Positions 61,632-64,000 of a DNA stretch of 64,000 nucleotides are shown piece by piece. Each line of letters opens with the position of its first letter. The first letter of the stretch is position 1. The notes beneath the pieces are model-generated. The model had not been told where the DNA came from and made no database searches. It saw only the letters and a list, made by a program, of their open reading frames with translations. The DNA is from the human T2T-CHM13v2.0 reference genome, Homo sapiens, in NCBI RefSeq assembly GCF_009914755.1, contig NC_060935.1; one strand, written 5' to 3'. The translations under genes and the position numbers were made by a program.

Positions 61632-63089
61632 TCACTTGAACCCGGGAGGCGGGAGGTTGCGGTGAGCTGAGATCACACCATTGCACTCCAGCCTGGGCAA
61701 CAAGAGCGAAACTCCGTCTCAAAAAAAAAAAAAGGCATGTTTGCTGTCTGTCTCCACGACCAGACCACACCAGGTGCACGGTTCCCTCATCCTCGCCTCT
61801 CAGCACCACAAGCCCCGGCATGCGGCGCGCGGCCACAGTGAGTGCTCAACGCCAGGCCCATGGCAGCCCTGGGAGCAGCCGCCCAAAGCCTCCTCAGGCG
61901 GCAGCGTGTCCTGCTGAGTTACTTAAACCTGGAAACCACTTGACGTCAGCTGTTCGTAATTTTTAAAAAGTATTAAAGTGCTTTTACCACATCAAAACAC
62001 AACTACCATATTTTTCAGAAGAAAACACACGTCAGCACATTTCTCTGACATCATGATGAACAGCATCATTTTTCTTTTATGCATTCAGAAAAATACGTGC
62101 AAAAATGACAAAAACCTGAAATCAACCTCATGGCTCCAAATCCCAACGTCAAACCAGAGTTTAGCGACGGACGCCAACCCCTGAGAGTCACAAAGCCTTC
62201 CCTCACTTTTTTTTCTTAACCAACCAAACAAGCAGCAGTGACCCCTTTGCCTTCGAGGGCCACTCAGCTGACCAAGGGCAGCCCAGACGCTGCTGGCCCC
62301 CACCCAGCCCCCAGGCCGAACAAGCACCCAGAGCACACGCAATGCCCTGACATACCCAGCACACCAGGACTGGGATCCAGTTCCTCAACCCGCAAAGCTC
62401 CGTAGGGGAAAAGTGCCTCACAACGCAACAAGAAGCTCCTCCCAAGGGTCTCAACACTGAGCTGTGAGTCCCTGGGGGACACTCGGGAACTCCAATGGGG
62501 AAGAATACAGTGCGTTAGGAAGCCAGTGGGTGGGGAAGTCTATGCCCCACGGACACAAGGGCGGGACACAGGAGGTGGGTGGACGGCACCAGCCCCGTAG
62601 GGCATCTGTGAGCTCTGCCACGGGCTCCCAGTGTTTTGGAGCCTGAGAAGGAGACTGACCTGTGTGGCAAGAAACTATAAGCAGCTTATATAAAAATGTG
62701 GACTGGAAAGCCACAGCAGCCTCCCCAAAGGAAGCCCGACAGGAAGCGGGGCAGGAGGAGCAGGTCCTTAGGGAAAAAGGCAAGAGGAAGAGGGAGGACT
62801 GGGAGGGGAGCCTGCACAGGTGGCTCCGCAGCCCCCCTGGGCCACCACACAGCCACGCTGACCTCTGGCATCATGGCCTCCAGCAGGCTGCCCACCCCTG
62901 GCTCCCCAGCGCTCAGGTCATGCCTGAACTGGCCCTCAGGAAGTGGGGGGTTCCTGGTGACCACAGGTGCCCACCCACCCCAGGGCTTCTCCAGGACAGG
63001 TGGGGGGAGCCAGGATGGACGAAGGCAGGGCAGGGGCAGAGCTGCACAGGGGGGACCAGTAGGAGGCGGGGCTGCCACAAAGAAAAGGG

Positions 63090-64000
<911 letters not shown>

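Overview
Human genomic DNA, recognised from the encoded proteins as the DRD4-DEAF1 locus (distal 11p15.5). Two complete protein-coding genes lie tail-to-tail. DRD4 is on the + strand: 4 coding exons, 3828-7266, 1404 nt = 467 aa. It carries the 7-repeat exon-3 48-bp VNTR allele, the duplicated 120-bp promoter allele and the 2-copy 12-bp exon-1 repeat. DEAF1 is on the - strand: 12 coding exons, 63914-13177, 1698 nt = 565 aa, with SAND and MYND domains; its intron 1 uses a GC donor. The rest is very Alu-dense, with old L1/MIR/MER fragments and many minisatellites (28, 35, 60, 56, 62, 74 and ~17 bp units). The least expected structure is a ~1.3-kb element in DEAF1 intron 10 (40684-42010). It looks like an L1-retroposed copy of a spliced, THE1-LTR-initiated non-coding transcript, with an LTR first exon ending at the LTR splice-donor position, AATAAA, an A-rich tail and a 13-bp target-site duplication. 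Exon coordinates were counted by hand and checked against splice sites and reading frame. Repeat boundaries and repeat-family names are approximate and from memory. There is no prokaryotic-type system (CRISPR etc.).
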